Shown: positions 18,747 to 29,147 of the stretch, one piece after another
How positions within the stretch are numbered: position 1 is the first letter of the stretch
How the letters are laid out: every line of letters starts with the position of its first letter
Notes under the pieces: generated by a model
What the model was told of the DNA's origin: nothing
What the model saw: the letters and a program-made list of their open reading frames with translations, nothing else
Databases searched by the model: none
NCBI GenBank assembly: GCA_039798785.1
Contig: JBDKFG010000022.1
Coordinates: forward strand, 1 to 64,000
DNA: 64,000 nucleotides
From: Verrucomicrobiota bacterium
GTDB lineage: Bacteria > Verrucomicrobiota > Lentisphaeria > Lentisphaerales > Lentisphaeraceae
Reading direction: 5' to 3'
Program-made: the position numbers and the translations under genes

Positions 18747-19561
18747 ATGAAGACAAGTAAAAAAGAATTCAATTGCGATTAGAATATCTGGCTTCATAGC
18801 TCTTGTATTTATTTTTCTCTGGATATAGTTGAAATACACTCCATACTTAGAGAATTTGGTTAGAAACAGACAGAAAATAAGTGGTAAATTGAGTATTGAA
18901 CCACATCCATATGATCTTCCATTAATAATTATATTTATGCATGACAGTCGTGCCAATGTGATCCATGAAATAAGGAGCCGAACAGAGGCAATTGCGAGCG
19001 TCATGGAAAGGGATGGCAGCATTTTCCATAAAGTTGATTTAAGTCGTAAAGCTTATGATTTGTCGAGAAACAATGAACTTCTGAAATTTATCAATAAACA
19101 TCGAAAATTGGCGCGGGTGATCAATCAAAACGAAGATGGTGGTATCGCGGCAGAGATGGGTGAAAAAAGTGATTTGATGAGAAGCTTGGAAATCGCAAAA
19201 AAACTGGGAGATCAAGAGCTAGATGCTAATGAATACCAGTTGCGACTGGGTGAGTATTGTCTTGATCACTTGGAATGAAGACCCGGCGGATTGGGATGTC
19301 GATTGGAAGGGATACGAGGAAAGGATGGGAAGAGCCTTGGCAAAGGCGGATTTCAACCGTTTGAATGAGCGCAAGTGGGCATTTGAAGTCTATCAGTGGA
19401 CAGGTAAGAGAAACGGGTCTTTGGGATATAAGAAAGAAATCCAGCTGCCCTGGAAGCCGAGTTGTGCGGAAATAGAAGCTGCCCATGAGATTTTTGAATT
19501 CGGGGCAAGAAAAAATGGCATCCCGAGGATGATTGGAAAATCAAGAAAATTTCCCCATTGA
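18747..19561 (+). pseudogene. Decayed AT-rich foreign gene (membrane-anchored)
   Basis: TM segment AIRISGFIALVFIFLWI, then an in-frame TAG (18826-18828) continuing into ORF 18829-19278, which overlaps ORF 19223-19561 in another frame. Confidence 0.5.
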
Positions 19562-19657
19562 GGTGCGGCAAATAGCCAACTCGATCGGGGTGATGAGGAG
19601 CTAGAGAGGGGGCTGGAGAACAGAGACGGATGGATTGATGGCGCTAGAGTGTCGTTT

Positions 19658-20485
19658 ATGTCTTCACTGAGCTCCACTTCCGACCGTCTTTTCACCGCTG
19701 CCTTGGGCGCGGTCCTGGGGATGTATGTCTTGCTCTTGCTGGTCTTGCTCCTGGCCGATGCCAGCTTCATCCGTTGGGCCGATCTCAGGCAATGCTGGGC
19801 GGACGAGGCTTTGCGCGCCTCATTCCGTCTGACCCTGGTTTCCTGCACTCTTTCGGCGCTGCTGGCGGTGCTGGTGGCGCTGCCTTCCGCCTACATCCTG
19901 GCGCGCTGCCGTTTTTTCGGCAAGGCTTTTGTCGAGGTGATCTGCGACATCCCGATCATCCTGCCGCCGTTGGTGCTTGGGGTCTCCTTTCTCATCCTGG
20001 TGAATCACGTCCGCCTCGGCGGCGCCTCGCTGGAGGAGTGGGTCGGGCGATGGAGCGGAGGCGCTTTCGGCATCACCTTCCAGGTCGCGGCTGTGATCCT
20101 CTGCCAGTTCACCGTCGCGGCGGCTTATTGCATCCGCTCGTTGCGGGGGGTTTTCGAAGAGATCAGCCCGCGCACCGAGGCGGTGGCGCTGACCCTTGGC
20201 TGCAGCCGTTCCCAGGCCTTCTGGCGGGTGGTCCTGCCGGAGTCCCGCCGCGGCATCGGCAGCGCTTTCACCATGGCCTGGGCCCGTTCGCTGGGCGAGT
20301 TCGGCCCGCTGCTGGTCTTCGCCGGCATCACGCCGTTCAAGACCGAAGTCCTGTCGAGCTCGGTCTACCTGCGCTTCACAACTGGCGATCTGCATGGGGC
20401 CGTCGCGGTGTCGCTGCTGATGATCAGCGTCGCCCTGGGGGTGCTGCTGACCCTGCGGCTTCTCAGCCGGAGGGCGCAGCCATGA
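19658..20485 (+). CDS. modB: Molybdate/sulfate-type ABC transporter permease
   Basis: DIPIILPPLVLG, EAA-like loop EAVALTLGCS, WARSLGEFG. Confidence 0.8.
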   Translation: MSSLSSTSDRLFTAALGAVLGMYVLLLLVLLLADASFIRWADLRQCWADEALRASFRLTLVSCTLSALLAVLVALPSAYILARCRFFGKAFVEVICDIPIILPPLVLGVSFLILVNHVRLGGASLEEWVGRWSGGAFGITFQVAAVILCQFTVAAAYCIRSLRGVFEEISPRTEAVALTLGCSRSQAFWRVVLPESRRGIGSAFTMAWARSLGEFGPLLVFAGITPFKTEVLSSSVYLRFTTGDLHGAVAVSLLMISVALGVLLTLRLLSRRAQP

Positions 20486-21129
20486 TCCGGCTGGAGAAGC
20501 TTCATCTCAGTCTCGGCAGCTGTCAGCTGCGAGGGATCGACCTGGAGCTGCAACGCGGCAGCTTGAACATCCTGCTGGGACGGAGCGGCTGCGGCAAGAC
20601 GACTCTTCTCGAGGCGCTTTGCGGCTTGAGGCCGATCGATTCCGGGCGGATCTGGTGCGACGGCGAGGAGATCACCGGGCTGCCGCCGTCCCGCCGCCGC
20701 CTCGGCTACGTGCCTCAGGACCTGGCTTTGTTCCAGGCCTTGAGTCCGCGACAGAATCTCGTCTTCGCCCTTGAGATCGCGGGCTGGACGAAGGCGGCGA
20801 TCGCCAGCCGGGTCGAAGAGTTGTGCCGTCCCTTGAAGCTCGAGGAGCTGATCGGGCGACCCAGCCTGCAGGGCTTTTCCGGAGGCGAGCGCCAGCGTCT
20901 CGCCCTCGGCCGCGCCTTGGCGCTGCGGCCGAGGCTCCTGCTCCTCGACGAACCTTTCGCTGCCCTCGATCCGGAGTTGCGGCAGGAGTTGGGGGAAATG
21001 CTGCGGCAGCTCGTCCGGGAGGAGCAAGTGACCATCTTGATGGTGACCCATTCCCGCGCCGAAGCGGAAGTCCTCGGCGACAGCCACTGGCGTCTCGACC
21101 AGGGCGTGCTGAAGTCCGGGCTGGCCTGA
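20482..21129 (+). CDS. modC: ABC transporter ATP-binding subunit (ModC-like)
   Basis: GRSGCGKT, FSGGERQR, LLLDEP; ATGA overlap with the permease. Confidence 0.75.
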   Translation: MIRLEKLHLSLGSCQLRGIDLELQRGSLNILLGRSGCGKTTLLEALCGLRPIDSGRIWCDGEEITGLPPSRRRLGYVPQDLALFQALSPRQNLVFALEIAGWTKAAIASRVEELCRPLKLEELIGRPSLQGFSGGERQRLALGRALALRPRLLLLDEPFAALDPELRQELGEMLRQLVREEQVTILMVTHSRAEAEVLGDSHWRLDQGVLKSGLA

Positions 21130-21135
21130 CGGGCT

Positions 21136-21579
21136 TTAGCGGCGCGGTTCGCCGATGACGAAGCGGAGGAAGCGGATGCCGGGGTCGAAGGCGGCGACTT
21201 TGGCGAGGATCTGCGGCTTCAGCTGCACTTCATAGACGTATTTCTGCGGGGCGGAGTTGACTTCGATGCGGAGTTCGCCGCGATCGAGGAAGGCCGGGAA
21301 GGAATAGCGGGCGACCTGTTCGCCGACGATGGTGGGCCAGTTTTCCTGCAGGCGGGTCAGAGGCGAGGCGGCGACGCGGGCGATGAGCCGCTCGAATTCG
21401 CCGAGTTCGGCTCCGAGAAGGCTCGGGCCCCGCTGGTGGATCTCCGCCTCCAGCTCGCCGCATTCGTCGCCGTACCAGGATTTCAGGACTTGGTCGCGCG
21501 ACTGCTCGCGCCAGCTGCGTTTGCGCAGCTCGCCCCGCCGCCGGCGGTTGTCTTCCGGCCCTGTCCATCCTTCCGGCAC
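21136..21579 (-). CDS. DUF721/DciA-family protein
   Basis: LQENWPTIVGEQVARYSFPAFLDRGELRIEVNSA; GTG start after GAGAGGGA. Confidence 0.75.
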   Translation of the reverse strand: MPEGWTGPEDNRRRRGELRKRSWREQSRDQVLKSWYGDECGELEAEIHQRGPSLLGAELGEFERLIARVAASPLTRLQENWPTIVGEQVARYSFPAFLDRGELRIEVNSAPQKYVYEVQLKPQILAKVAAFDPGIRFLRFVIGEPRR

Positions 21580-21631
21580 TTGGATTCCCTCTCTCTTGGC
21601 GCAATATATCTCAAGACAAGGACACTCACTC

Positions 21632-22321
21632 ATGAACTCGCAAGTTTCCGACATTTCCCGGCGCCTCGCCGCGGTGCGCGAGCGCATCGCCGTGGCGGCG
21701 CATCGATCCGGCCGCGAGCCCGCCGCGGTGCGGCTGCTGCCGGTGACCAAGTTCCAGCCGCCCGAAAAGGTCGCGGCCCTCCTCGAGCTGGGCGAAAAGG
21801 CCTTTGCGGAGAACCGCGTCCAGGATCTGGTGGAGCGGGCGCAGGCCTGGCCGCAATCGGAATGGCACCTGATCGGGCCGCTGCAATCGAACAAGGCGAA
21901 ATCAGCCGCCGCCCATGCGGACTGGATCCATTCGATCGACTCGGCCGAGCTTTGCGTCCGTCTCGGGCGTCTTGCCGTTGCTGCCGGTCGTCGCCCCAAG
22001 GTCCTCATCCAGGTCAACGTCACCGGTGAGGCGAGCAAGAGCGGCTGCACTCCGGAAGAGCTTCCGGCGCTTCTCGCCGCCGCCGCCGCCGAGCCGGGCC
22101 TTGAGTTGAAGGGACTGATGACCATGGGCGAGGCGGAAGCCAGTCCGGAGGAAATCCGCGCCGCTTTCGCCCAGCTCCGCCAATTGCGCGACCGGCATCG
22201 GGAAGCCTTTCCCGGCCTCAGTGAATTGTCGATGGGCATGTCGGGCGATTTCGAGCTGGCAGTCGAGGAGGGTGCCACCCTGGTCCGTGTCGGCTCCTCG
22301 ATCCTGGGGGATCGTGCATGA
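21632..22321 (+). CDS. yggS: YggS-family PLP homeostasis protein
   Basis: LLPVTK, ENRVQD, WHLIGPLQSNKAK, LSMGMSGDF, VRVGSSI. Confidence 0.95.
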   Translation: MNSQVSDISRRLAAVRERIAVAAHRSGREPAAVRLLPVTKFQPPEKVAALLELGEKAFAENRVQDLVERAQAWPQSEWHLIGPLQSNKAKSAAAHADWIHSIDSAELCVRLGRLAVAAGRRPKVLIQVNVTGEASKSGCTPEELPALLAAAAAEPGLELKGLMTMGEAEASPEEIRAAFAQLRQLRDRHREAFPGLSELSMGMSGDFELAVEEGATLVRVGSSILGDRA

Positions 22322-22842
22322 GCCGCCGCAAAATCCTCTTCGTCTGCCTCGGCAACATCTGCCGTTCACCGCTGGCCGAGGCTGCCTTCCGCCTGCACCT
22401 GAAGGCTCTTGGAGGCGGCAAGGCCCGTCATTACCAGATCGCTTCGCGCGCCACCTCCGGCTGGAACGAAGGCCAGGGGGCTGACGGCCGCACCGTGCGC
22501 TGCGCCCTCCAGGCCGGACTCGACTTGTCGCAGCACCGCTCGCGCCAGATCAAGGCCGGGGAACTGGCCGAACAGGACTTGATCGTGGTGATGGACGAGT
22601 CGAACCGCGCCGCGCTCCACAGCTTGAGCGCCAACAGCAGCGTCCGGGCCCGCATCCGCCTCCTCAGGGAGTTCGATCCCGAGCTCACGCCGGGAAGTCC
22701 GGCGCCGCCGGTACCCGACCCCTGGTCGAGCTCCGATCTCCAGGTGTTCCAGGAGGTCCAGTCGATGATCTTACGCTCCACCCTGGGCCTGCTCCAGGCA
22801 CTCGAAAGCGGACGACTCAAAAACGGTTCTGCGGACAAATAA
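22318..22842 (+). CDS. Low-molecular-weight protein tyrosine phosphatase
   Basis: FVCLGNICRSPLAE and VPDPW. Confidence 0.92.
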   Translation: MSRRKILFVCLGNICRSPLAEAAFRLHLKALGGGKARHYQIASRATSGWNEGQGADGRTVRCALQAGLDLSQHRSRQIKAGELAEQDLIVVMDESNRAALHSLSANSSVRARIRLLREFDPELTPGSPAPPVPDPWSSSDLQVFQEVQSMILRSTLGLLQALESGRLKNGSADK

Positions 22843-22948
22843 ATAATGACGTGTATCACACCGAATTGAGCTTGGAAGGGGGGTCAAAGCACTCCCAACT
22901 CCCTAGGCTGTGATCCAGAAATTCGAGTGAGACGGGTCGAAATAAGCA

Positions 22949-22976
22949 GAAGGGACCGGGCAGGCCCGGTCCCTTC
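22949..22976. terminator. Hairpin terminator between convergent LMW-PTP and GlyRS genes
   Basis: GAAGGGACCGGG-CAGG-CCCGGTCCCTTC. Confidence 0.75.
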
Positions 22977-23002
22977 GCTTTACGGCTGACGCAGTGGCGG
23001 AT

Positions 23003-24754
23003 TCAGCAACCGGGCTGGCAGCGGGCCTCGAGCCAGCTCGCCAGGTCGGCGATGGCGACGCGCTCCTGCAGGCCGCCGTCGCGGTGGCGGATGGTGACGG
23101 TGTCGAGCAGCTCGGGCTTCTCGCCAAGGGTCTCGAAGTCGATGGTGATGCCGAAGGGAGTGCCGGATTCGTCCTGGCGGGCATAGCGCTTGCCGATCGA
23201 GCCGGCCTCATCGTAGATCACCGGGAACTTCTTCTTCAGGCTGCGGTAGACCGCTTCCGCCTTGGCGACCAGCTCGGGCTTGTTCTTGAGCAGCGGGTAG
23301 ATACCGGCCTTGACCGGGGCGATGGCGGGGTGGAGGCGGAGGGTGGTGAGGGTCTCCGACTTGCCCTTGTCGTCGGTCTTGACCTCTTCGCTGTAGGCGG
23401 CGCAGAGGACGGCGAGGGCCATGCGGTCGAGGCCGGCGGAGGGCTCGATGACGTGGGCGAGGTAGAAGCCCTTGAAGAGCTGCTCGAACCAAGCGCGGAC
23501 CTGGGCTTCGTTGAGGCCACCCTTGGTCTTGGCGCGTTCGGCCGCGAGGCGGCGATGGATCATCTCGTCCTTCTGCTCTTCGCTGAGCTTGGCGGCGGCG
23601 GCCTTGAGTTCTTCGTCGAAGTACTCGAGGGGTTTGCCGGAGTGTTTGCGGTGCTGGGTGAGGTCGAAGTCGCCGCGGGCGGCGATGCCTTCCAGCTCTT
23701 CGGTGCCGAAGGGGAATTTGAACAGGATGTCGACGCAGGCGCGGGAGTAGTGGGCGAGGTCTTCGGGACCTTGCCAGAAGTAGTCGAGATAGTCCTTGGT
23801 CAGGCCGATCGAGTCGTAGAACTTGGTGCGCTGGTCGACCCAGTAGCGGTGCCAGACTTCCCAGCCCCAGTTGGCTTGCGGGGTGGACAGGTCCATCCCT
23901 TCCTGCCACTGGGCGACGCTGCCGCTGATGATCTCGACCGCTTCGTCGGGCTTGATGAAGAATTCGCATTCCATCTGCTCGAATTCGCGCGAGCGGAAGG
24001 TGTAGTTGCGGGGGTTGATCTCGTTGCGGAAGGCCTTGCCGATCTGGCAGATGCCGAAGGGGACTTTCTGGCGCGACGACTCGAGGACGTTCTTGAACTG
24101 GACGAAGATCGCCTGGGCGGTCTCGGGGCGCAGGTAGGCGACGTTTTCTTCCGAGGCGACCGGGCCGGTGTGGGTCTGGAACATCAGGTTGAAAGGCTTG
24201 GCTTCGGTGAGCTGGGCGCCGTTTTCGGGGTTGAAATTCTTGACGCCTTCGACCTTGACGCCGGTCAGGCCGCCGGTGATGATGGGAGTCTTGAGACCGC
24301 GGTTCTGGTAGAACTGGGCAGCGACCTTGAGGGCGCTTTCACGGGGCTTGCCGGCGGGGACGAGGATGGCGATCGAGTCGCCGCAGTTTTTGCCGGTTTC
24401 TTCACAAGAGGCGCCGGTGAAGTTGAAGACGATGCCGCTTTGGGCGGGGACCTGGTCGGCGCGCAGACGCTTGTTGCTGACCATGCAGTCGCTCATCGGG
24501 TCGGCGAAAGTGTCGCAGTGGCCGGAGGCCTTCCAGATGGCGGGGTGCATGATGATGGTGGCGTCGAGGCCGCAGTTGTCGTCGCGCTGGCGGACCATGA
24601 AGTTCCACCAGGCGTCGCGGAGGTTGCGCTTGAGGTCGGCGCCGAGCGGGCCGTAGTCCCAGAAGCCGTTGATGCCGCCGTAGATTTCCGACGACTGGAA
24701 GATGTAGCCGCGGCGCTTGGAGAGGTTGACGACTTTTTCGAGGGAGACGCTCAT
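23003..24754 (-). CDS. glyQS: Glycine--tRNA ligase (homodimeric, single-chain type)
   Basis: SSEIYGG, YLRPETAQ, FRNEINPRNYTFRSREFEQME, ELEGIAARGDFDL, HVIEPSAGLDR, SIGKRYARQDE. Confidence 0.95.
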   Translation of the reverse strand: MSVSLEKVVNLSKRRGYIFQSSEIYGGINGFWDYGPLGADLKRNLRDAWWNFMVRQRDDNCGLDATIIMHPAIWKASGHCDTFADPMSDCMVSNKRLRADQVPAQSGIVFNFTGASCEETGKNCGDSIAILVPAGKPRESALKVAAQFYQNRGLKTPIITGGLTGVKVEGVKNFNPENGAQLTEAKPFNLMFQTHTGPVASEENVAYLRPETAQAIFVQFKNVLESSRQKVPFGICQIGKAFRNEINPRNYTFRSREFEQMECEFFIKPDEAVEIISGSVAQWQEGMDLSTPQANWGWEVWHRYWVDQRTKFYDSIGLTKDYLDYFWQGPEDLAHYSRACVDILFKFPFGTEELEGIAARGDFDLTQHRKHSGKPLEYFDEELKAAAAKLSEEQKDEMIHRRLAAERAKTKGGLNEAQVRAWFEQLFKGFYLAHVIEPSAGLDRMALAVLCAAYSEEVKTDDKGKSETLTTLRLHPAIAPVKAGIYPLLKNKPELVAKAEAVYRSLKKKFPVIYDEAGSIGKRYARQDESGTPFGITIDFETLGEKPELLDTVTIRHRDGGLQERVAIADLASWLEARCQPGC

Positions 24755-24829
24755 GGGGGATTCCTGGTCTTGGAGTTGAGGCCGGGAAGATAGCATTCTC
24801 CAGGAAGAATCAAAGAAGCGGGCGTCGGA

Positions 24830-27319
24830 TCAGTCCGTCACCGCCATCAGAGGCAGGCATTGCGCCAGCTTGGCGAGGAGATCCGGCTTGCTGATCGGCT
24901 TGACCAGGCAATCGTCGAAACCGAGGCGGCGCAGCTTGTCGAGGTCGTCGACGAGGGCGTTGGCGGTGAGGGCGAGGATCGGCAGCTGGCAGCCTGCGTC
25001 GCGCAGCTTGAGCAGCGCCTGGTCGCCGCTGAGGACGGGCATCGAGATGTCCATCAGGATGAGATCGAATCCGCCTTTGTCGGAGAGCCATTGGTCGAGG
25101 CATTTCTGGCCGTCTTCGACGATCGCCAGGTCGTAGGGGCTGTTGCTCAGGTAGCTCCGGATCAGGCGGGCGTTGTTGATGTAGTCCTCGGCGAGGAGGA
25201 TGCGGCGGCGGCGGGCTTCAGGAGCTGGGTGCGGCGGCGGGGCGGCGGGAGCGTCCAGGGCGGCGTGCATATCGTTGAGGGCTTCGGCGGCGGTTTCGAG
25301 GACGAAGGTGGCGGTGAAGACGCTACCCAGGCCGAGATGGCTGTCGACCGTCAGATCTCCTCCCATCAGGCGGCAGAGGCGGCGGGAAATCGGTAGGCCG
25401 AGACCGGTGCCGCCATAGTTGCGGGAGACCGAGTTGTCAGCCTGCTCGAAGGGGGCGAAGACAGCCTCCAGGCGGTTTGCCGGGATGCCGATGCCGGAGT
25501 CAGTGACTTCGAGGCGGCAGAGAAGGCCGCGGGGTTCTTGAGTGGCGCTCAGGGACAGGCGGATGTGGCCGGAAGGGGTGAATTTCGCGGCGTTGCTGCA
25601 CAGATTGTTGAGGATCTGGCGGACCCTGATTTCGTCGCCGCAGGCGGATGAAGGAACGTTTTCGGCGATCTCGACCCGGACGTTGACCGGCTGGGTGGCG
25701 CAGAGGCGTTTCAACTCGGATTCTGCTTCGCCGAGGAGGCGAGGGAGGGAGAAGATGTCGCGGTTGAGGGTGAAGCCTTTCGACTCCAGCTTGGCGAAAT
25801 CGAGGATGTCGTTGACCAGGTGGAGGAGCTGCCGGCCGGAGCTGGCGATGAGATCCAGCTGTTCGGGGGCGGCGGGGTCGGCAGGATTTTCCCGCAGGAT
25901 TTCCGAGAAGCCGATGACCGAGTTGAGGGGGGTCCGCAATTCGTGCGAAATGTTGGCGAGGAACTGGCTTTTGGCGGCGAGGGCGGCCTCGGCCTTGTCG
26001 CGAGCTTCGACCAGCTCCTTTTCGAGGAGGAGGCGGTTGGCGTTCATCGAGTTGAAGTTCATGATCACCCGGCCGAGCTCGTCGAGTTCGCCGCTGGCGA
26101 GGGGCTGGTAGCTCTGGCCGTGCTGCACCGAGAGGATGGCGGCGTCGAGGCCGCTGATCCGCCGCAGGACCATGCGGCGCAGGCCGAGGAAGAGCAGCAG
26201 CGACAGGAGGAGGAATCCGAGCAGGCTGATCACCAGCAGCGAGAAGCCGAAGAGCTGGTTGTAGGCGAGAAGCTCATCCTCGTCGAGAAGCAGGTTGAGC
26301 TGCCAGTCGACGGAGGGGACGGTGGAGCGGATGAGGAGCTTCCGGCGGCCGTTGATGACGAGGTGTTGGCTGGTCCTGTCGGGAAGAGCGCCGGCGAGCG
26401 CTTCGCGCAATTCGGAGGAGGGGATCTGGGAGACCAGGATCTTGCTGTTGTCGCCCAGCCCTGGCAGGCCGAGCCGCAGCCGTCCTTCGGAGGTGGCGAT
26501 CACTTGTTGATCGGCAGTGGTGAAGAAGAGGGCGCAGTCGCGGTATCGCAGCTGGCTTTTGGTGATGGCGATGACGCTGGTGAGGGGGAAGTCATGGCCG
26601 ACCAGGCCGAGATAGCGGCCGTCCCGGCCGCGCAGGGGCGAGATCGCCGAGATCATCCATTTTTGCAGGATCTGATCGTGGTAGACGGGTGTGAAGAGGG
26701 TTTCGCCGCCGGGATTGTTGGCGGGCATCGAGACTGCGAACCAGGGGAATTCCTCGGGAGACCGGTCGAAGCGCTGCTCCGGCGGCATCTGTTCCGGCCA
26801 GTCTTCGGCGCCGATGGTGCTGATGCAATGAGGCGTGGCGAAATAGCTGTCCATCACCAGATGATTGACCCCTTGGTGATAGTGGCGGCCGAAGGAGTCG
26901 GCGATCCACAAGCCCAGCAGTTCGTCTTCCTGGGCCTGATGTCCTTTGCGGATGAATTTGTAGGGATAGGAATTGTCGGCGGCGGCGGGAGCTCCGCGGC
27001 TGCGTCGGCTGCCGTCGGGCCGGGTTTCGAGGGCGGCTGCCAGCTCCTGCTGCCAGCCTGGCGTGGGCTGGGCGTTGAGGCGTTGCTGGAACTGGGCGCC
27101 GCTGCGACGGGCGACATTGAGCACTTGCCGCAGGGAGCTGTCGGCATGTTGCGCCAGGGGGGCGAGGGTCTGCTGCTGCAGGGACTGGCTGGAGAATTCA
27201 AGCAGGCGCGTCCGGGCGAAGTGGGCGAAGAGGAGAGAGGCGAGGAGCCAGAGGCTGAAGGCCGGCAGCAGGACGAAGAAGAGGAACTTGATGCTGAGGC
27301 TGCGAAACCTGGCGGACAT
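24830..27319 (-). CDS. Membrane hybrid sensor kinase (Cache-HAMP-HisKA-HATPase-REC)
   Basis: Two TM helices, FTPVYHD Cache motif, DELG HAMP, ISHELRTPLN, GGTGLGL, LMDISMP. Confidence 0.9.
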   Translation of the reverse strand: MSARFRSLSIKFLFFVLLPAFSLWLLASLLFAHFARTRLLEFSSQSLQQQTLAPLAQHADSSLRQVLNVARRSGAQFQQRLNAQPTPGWQQELAAALETRPDGSRRSRGAPAAADNSYPYKFIRKGHQAQEDELLGLWIADSFGRHYHQGVNHLVMDSYFATPHCISTIGAEDWPEQMPPEQRFDRSPEEFPWFAVSMPANNPGGETLFTPVYHDQILQKWMISAISPLRGRDGRYLGLVGHDFPLTSVIAITKSQLRYRDCALFFTTADQQVIATSEGRLRLGLPGLGDNSKILVSQIPSSELREALAGALPDRTSQHLVINGRRKLLIRSTVPSVDWQLNLLLDEDELLAYNQLFGFSLLVISLLGFLLLSLLLFLGLRRMVLRRISGLDAAILSVQHGQSYQPLASGELDELGRVIMNFNSMNANRLLLEKELVEARDKAEAALAAKSQFLANISHELRTPLNSVIGFSEILRENPADPAAPEQLDLIASSGRQLLHLVNDILDFAKLESKGFTLNRDIFSLPRLLGEAESELKRLCATQPVNVRVEIAENVPSSACGDEIRVRQILNNLCSNAAKFTPSGHIRLSLSATQEPRGLLCRLEVTDSGIGIPANRLEAVFAPFEQADNSVSRNYGGTGLGLPISRRLCRLMGGDLTVDSHLGLGSVFTATFVLETAAEALNDMHAALDAPAAPPPHPAPEARRRRILLAEDYINNARLIRSYLSNSPYDLAIVEDGQKCLDQWLSDKGGFDLILMDISMPVLSGDQALLKLRDAGCQLPILALTANALVDDLDKLRRLGFDDCLVKPISKPDLLAKLAQCLPLMAVTD

Positions 27320-27527
27320 GAACGGCCTCGTGAGTTCTCGGGCTGGCAATGAAGAGAAGCTAGGCCCATCTGCAAGGATATGCCAGTTCGCCGGAAGCAA
27401 GTTTTTCCGACCTGTGGAGGTCGCCGAGTCAGGAGAGTAAAGACGAAGTCGATTCCGCTCGAGGCTTTCGATTCGACAAAAAGGCCGCAGCGCGCGCTGC
27501 GGCCTTGCCTTCGAAGCCTGGACGGCC

Positions 27528-28046
27528 TCAGCTGTGGCGGCGAGGGGCAAAGACCATCGACATGTTGCGGCCGATGAGCTTTGCGGGAGTTTCGATCAAG
27601 GCAATCGCCTTGAGGTCTTCGATGACGCGCTTGACCAAGGCGTCGCCCAGCTCCGGGTGAGTCACTTCGCGGCTGCGGAACTGCAAGGTCAGCTTGACCT
27701 TGTGGCCGTGCTCGATGAACTCGACGGCGTGCTTGACCTTGGTCTGGTAGTCGTGGTCGTGGATGTTGACGTGGAACTTCAGTTCCTTGAGTTCCTTGCC
27801 GAGCTGTTTCTTGCGCAGCTCTTTTTCCCGTTTGGTCTGCTCGTAGATGAACTTGCCGTAGTTCATGATGCGGACGACCGGGGGAACGGCGGTGGCGGCG
27901 ATCTCCACCAGGTCGAAACCTTCATCTTCAGCTTGACGGAAAGCCTCTTCGAAGAGGACGATGCCGACTTCGGCGTTTTCGAAATCCATCAGACGGACGC
28001 TGCGGCGGCGGAGGACTTCATCATTGAGTTGGAGAAGGCGTGCTAT
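27528..28046 (-). CDS. infC: Translation initiation factor IF-3, ATA start
   Basis: DLVEIAATAVPPVVRIMNYGKF, KELKF, HDYQTK. The frame extends upstream to ATA (28046) preceded by AAGGA. Confidence 0.93.
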   Translation of the reverse strand: MARLLQLNDEVLRRRSVRLMDFENAEVGIVLFEEAFRQAEDEGFDLVEIAATAVPPVVRIMNYGKFIYEQTKREKELRKKQLGKELKELKFHVNIHDHDYQTKVKHAVEFIEHGHKVKLTLQFRSREVTHPELGDALVKRVIEDLKAIALIETPAKLIGRNMSMVFAPRRHS

Positions 28047-28352
28047 GGGAGGATTCCTTGTGTTGCTGTAAGGGGCGTCTGTAGAATGACTATGATAGAG
28101 CTTGACGGCGCTTCGCCAAGGGCTGGAAGGCCGAAATCACGAAAATCGCTGCGGCAGCGCTTATTGGGCGGCAAAAGGCTGCCGTTCAACCTTTCACCTC
28201 ACAACCTGTGTTTTCTTGTCAGGTCGAGAGATCCGTCTCGCTCCTGGCGATGCCTGGGGACAAGGTCGAGGGGTTGCGGATAGCGCAAACGAGGCGTGTG
28301 GAAGCTCCAGAAGCCCTCGGCGTCCTTGTAAGGGGGGATTTCGTAAGTCATG

Positions 28353-29111
28353 TCATGGGTCTCCATGGATTTTGGTAATAACCGCCAAAGTATCTTGACC
28401 AAACTTATCATTAATAATTTTCAGTACTCCCGAAATTTCACACAGTTTTTTTCTACACAAAACAACTGACCTTCCAGATTTTAATTCGGTAAAAATATTG
28501 GTTGTTCCAATGCCTGTTTTTAACAAATCATTGATCTCTTTTATAGCTCTTAATCCCGCCTCAGGAATTTTATTAATTACTATCTCAACAACATCCCAGG
28601 ATTGATAAATTTTTATATCCTCTTCAGGTAAAAATGAATCCCTATATTCATGCCACTTTTTTGATTTAAATTCATCTACAATTTTTAATATCCAAGAGTC
28701 AAAATGAGATGCAATAATTGGGCGGTCGTCATCACTTTTCCAAAACTCTAAAATCTCACCATTTTCCAAATTAATACAAATATAATTTCCATTCCCATCT
28801 TCAAGGAAGGGGAGCCACTGATTCCCCCAATATTTTTGCGGATAATCTAGCTCTTTAAAGATGCGCCATGTTTTAATGATTTCCTTGGTCGACATAAGTC
28901 GCTTATTTTTCATGAAAGCAGGACCGGTTAATGGCTGGCCATTGTGCCAACGAAGGTAATCCCAAAAACTTAAAGGAATTGGTTTAGAGAAAATCGATTG
29001 AAGCTCAGCAACTTCATTTTCTGACGCGCCTTCAGGCAAATCTCGGAAGAACTGCGGCCGGAACTCTCCTAGCCAGTTCTCAAGCTCATGGATTGAAGAG
29101 TTATTCGTCAT
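28353..29111 (-). CDS. SMI1/KNR4-family (immunity-type) protein, very AT-rich
   Basis: LPEGASENEVAELQ, YLRWHNGQ, WLPFLEDGNGNYICINL, IASHFDSWI. Confidence 0.85.
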   Translation of the reverse strand: MTNNSSIHELENWLGEFRPQFFRDLPEGASENEVAELQSIFSKPIPLSFWDYLRWHNGQPLTGPAFMKNKRLMSTKEIIKTWRIFKELDYPQKYWGNQWLPFLEDGNGNYICINLENGEILEFWKSDDDRPIIASHFDSWILKIVDEFKSKKWHEYRDSFLPEEDIKIYQSWDVVEIVINKIPEAGLRAIKEINDLLKTGIGTTNIFTELKSGRSVVLCRKKLCEISGVLKIINDKFGQDTLAVITKIHGDP

Positions 29112-29147
29112 GTTTGATAAGGCTCTTCGATTTGAATTGATGGCGAT

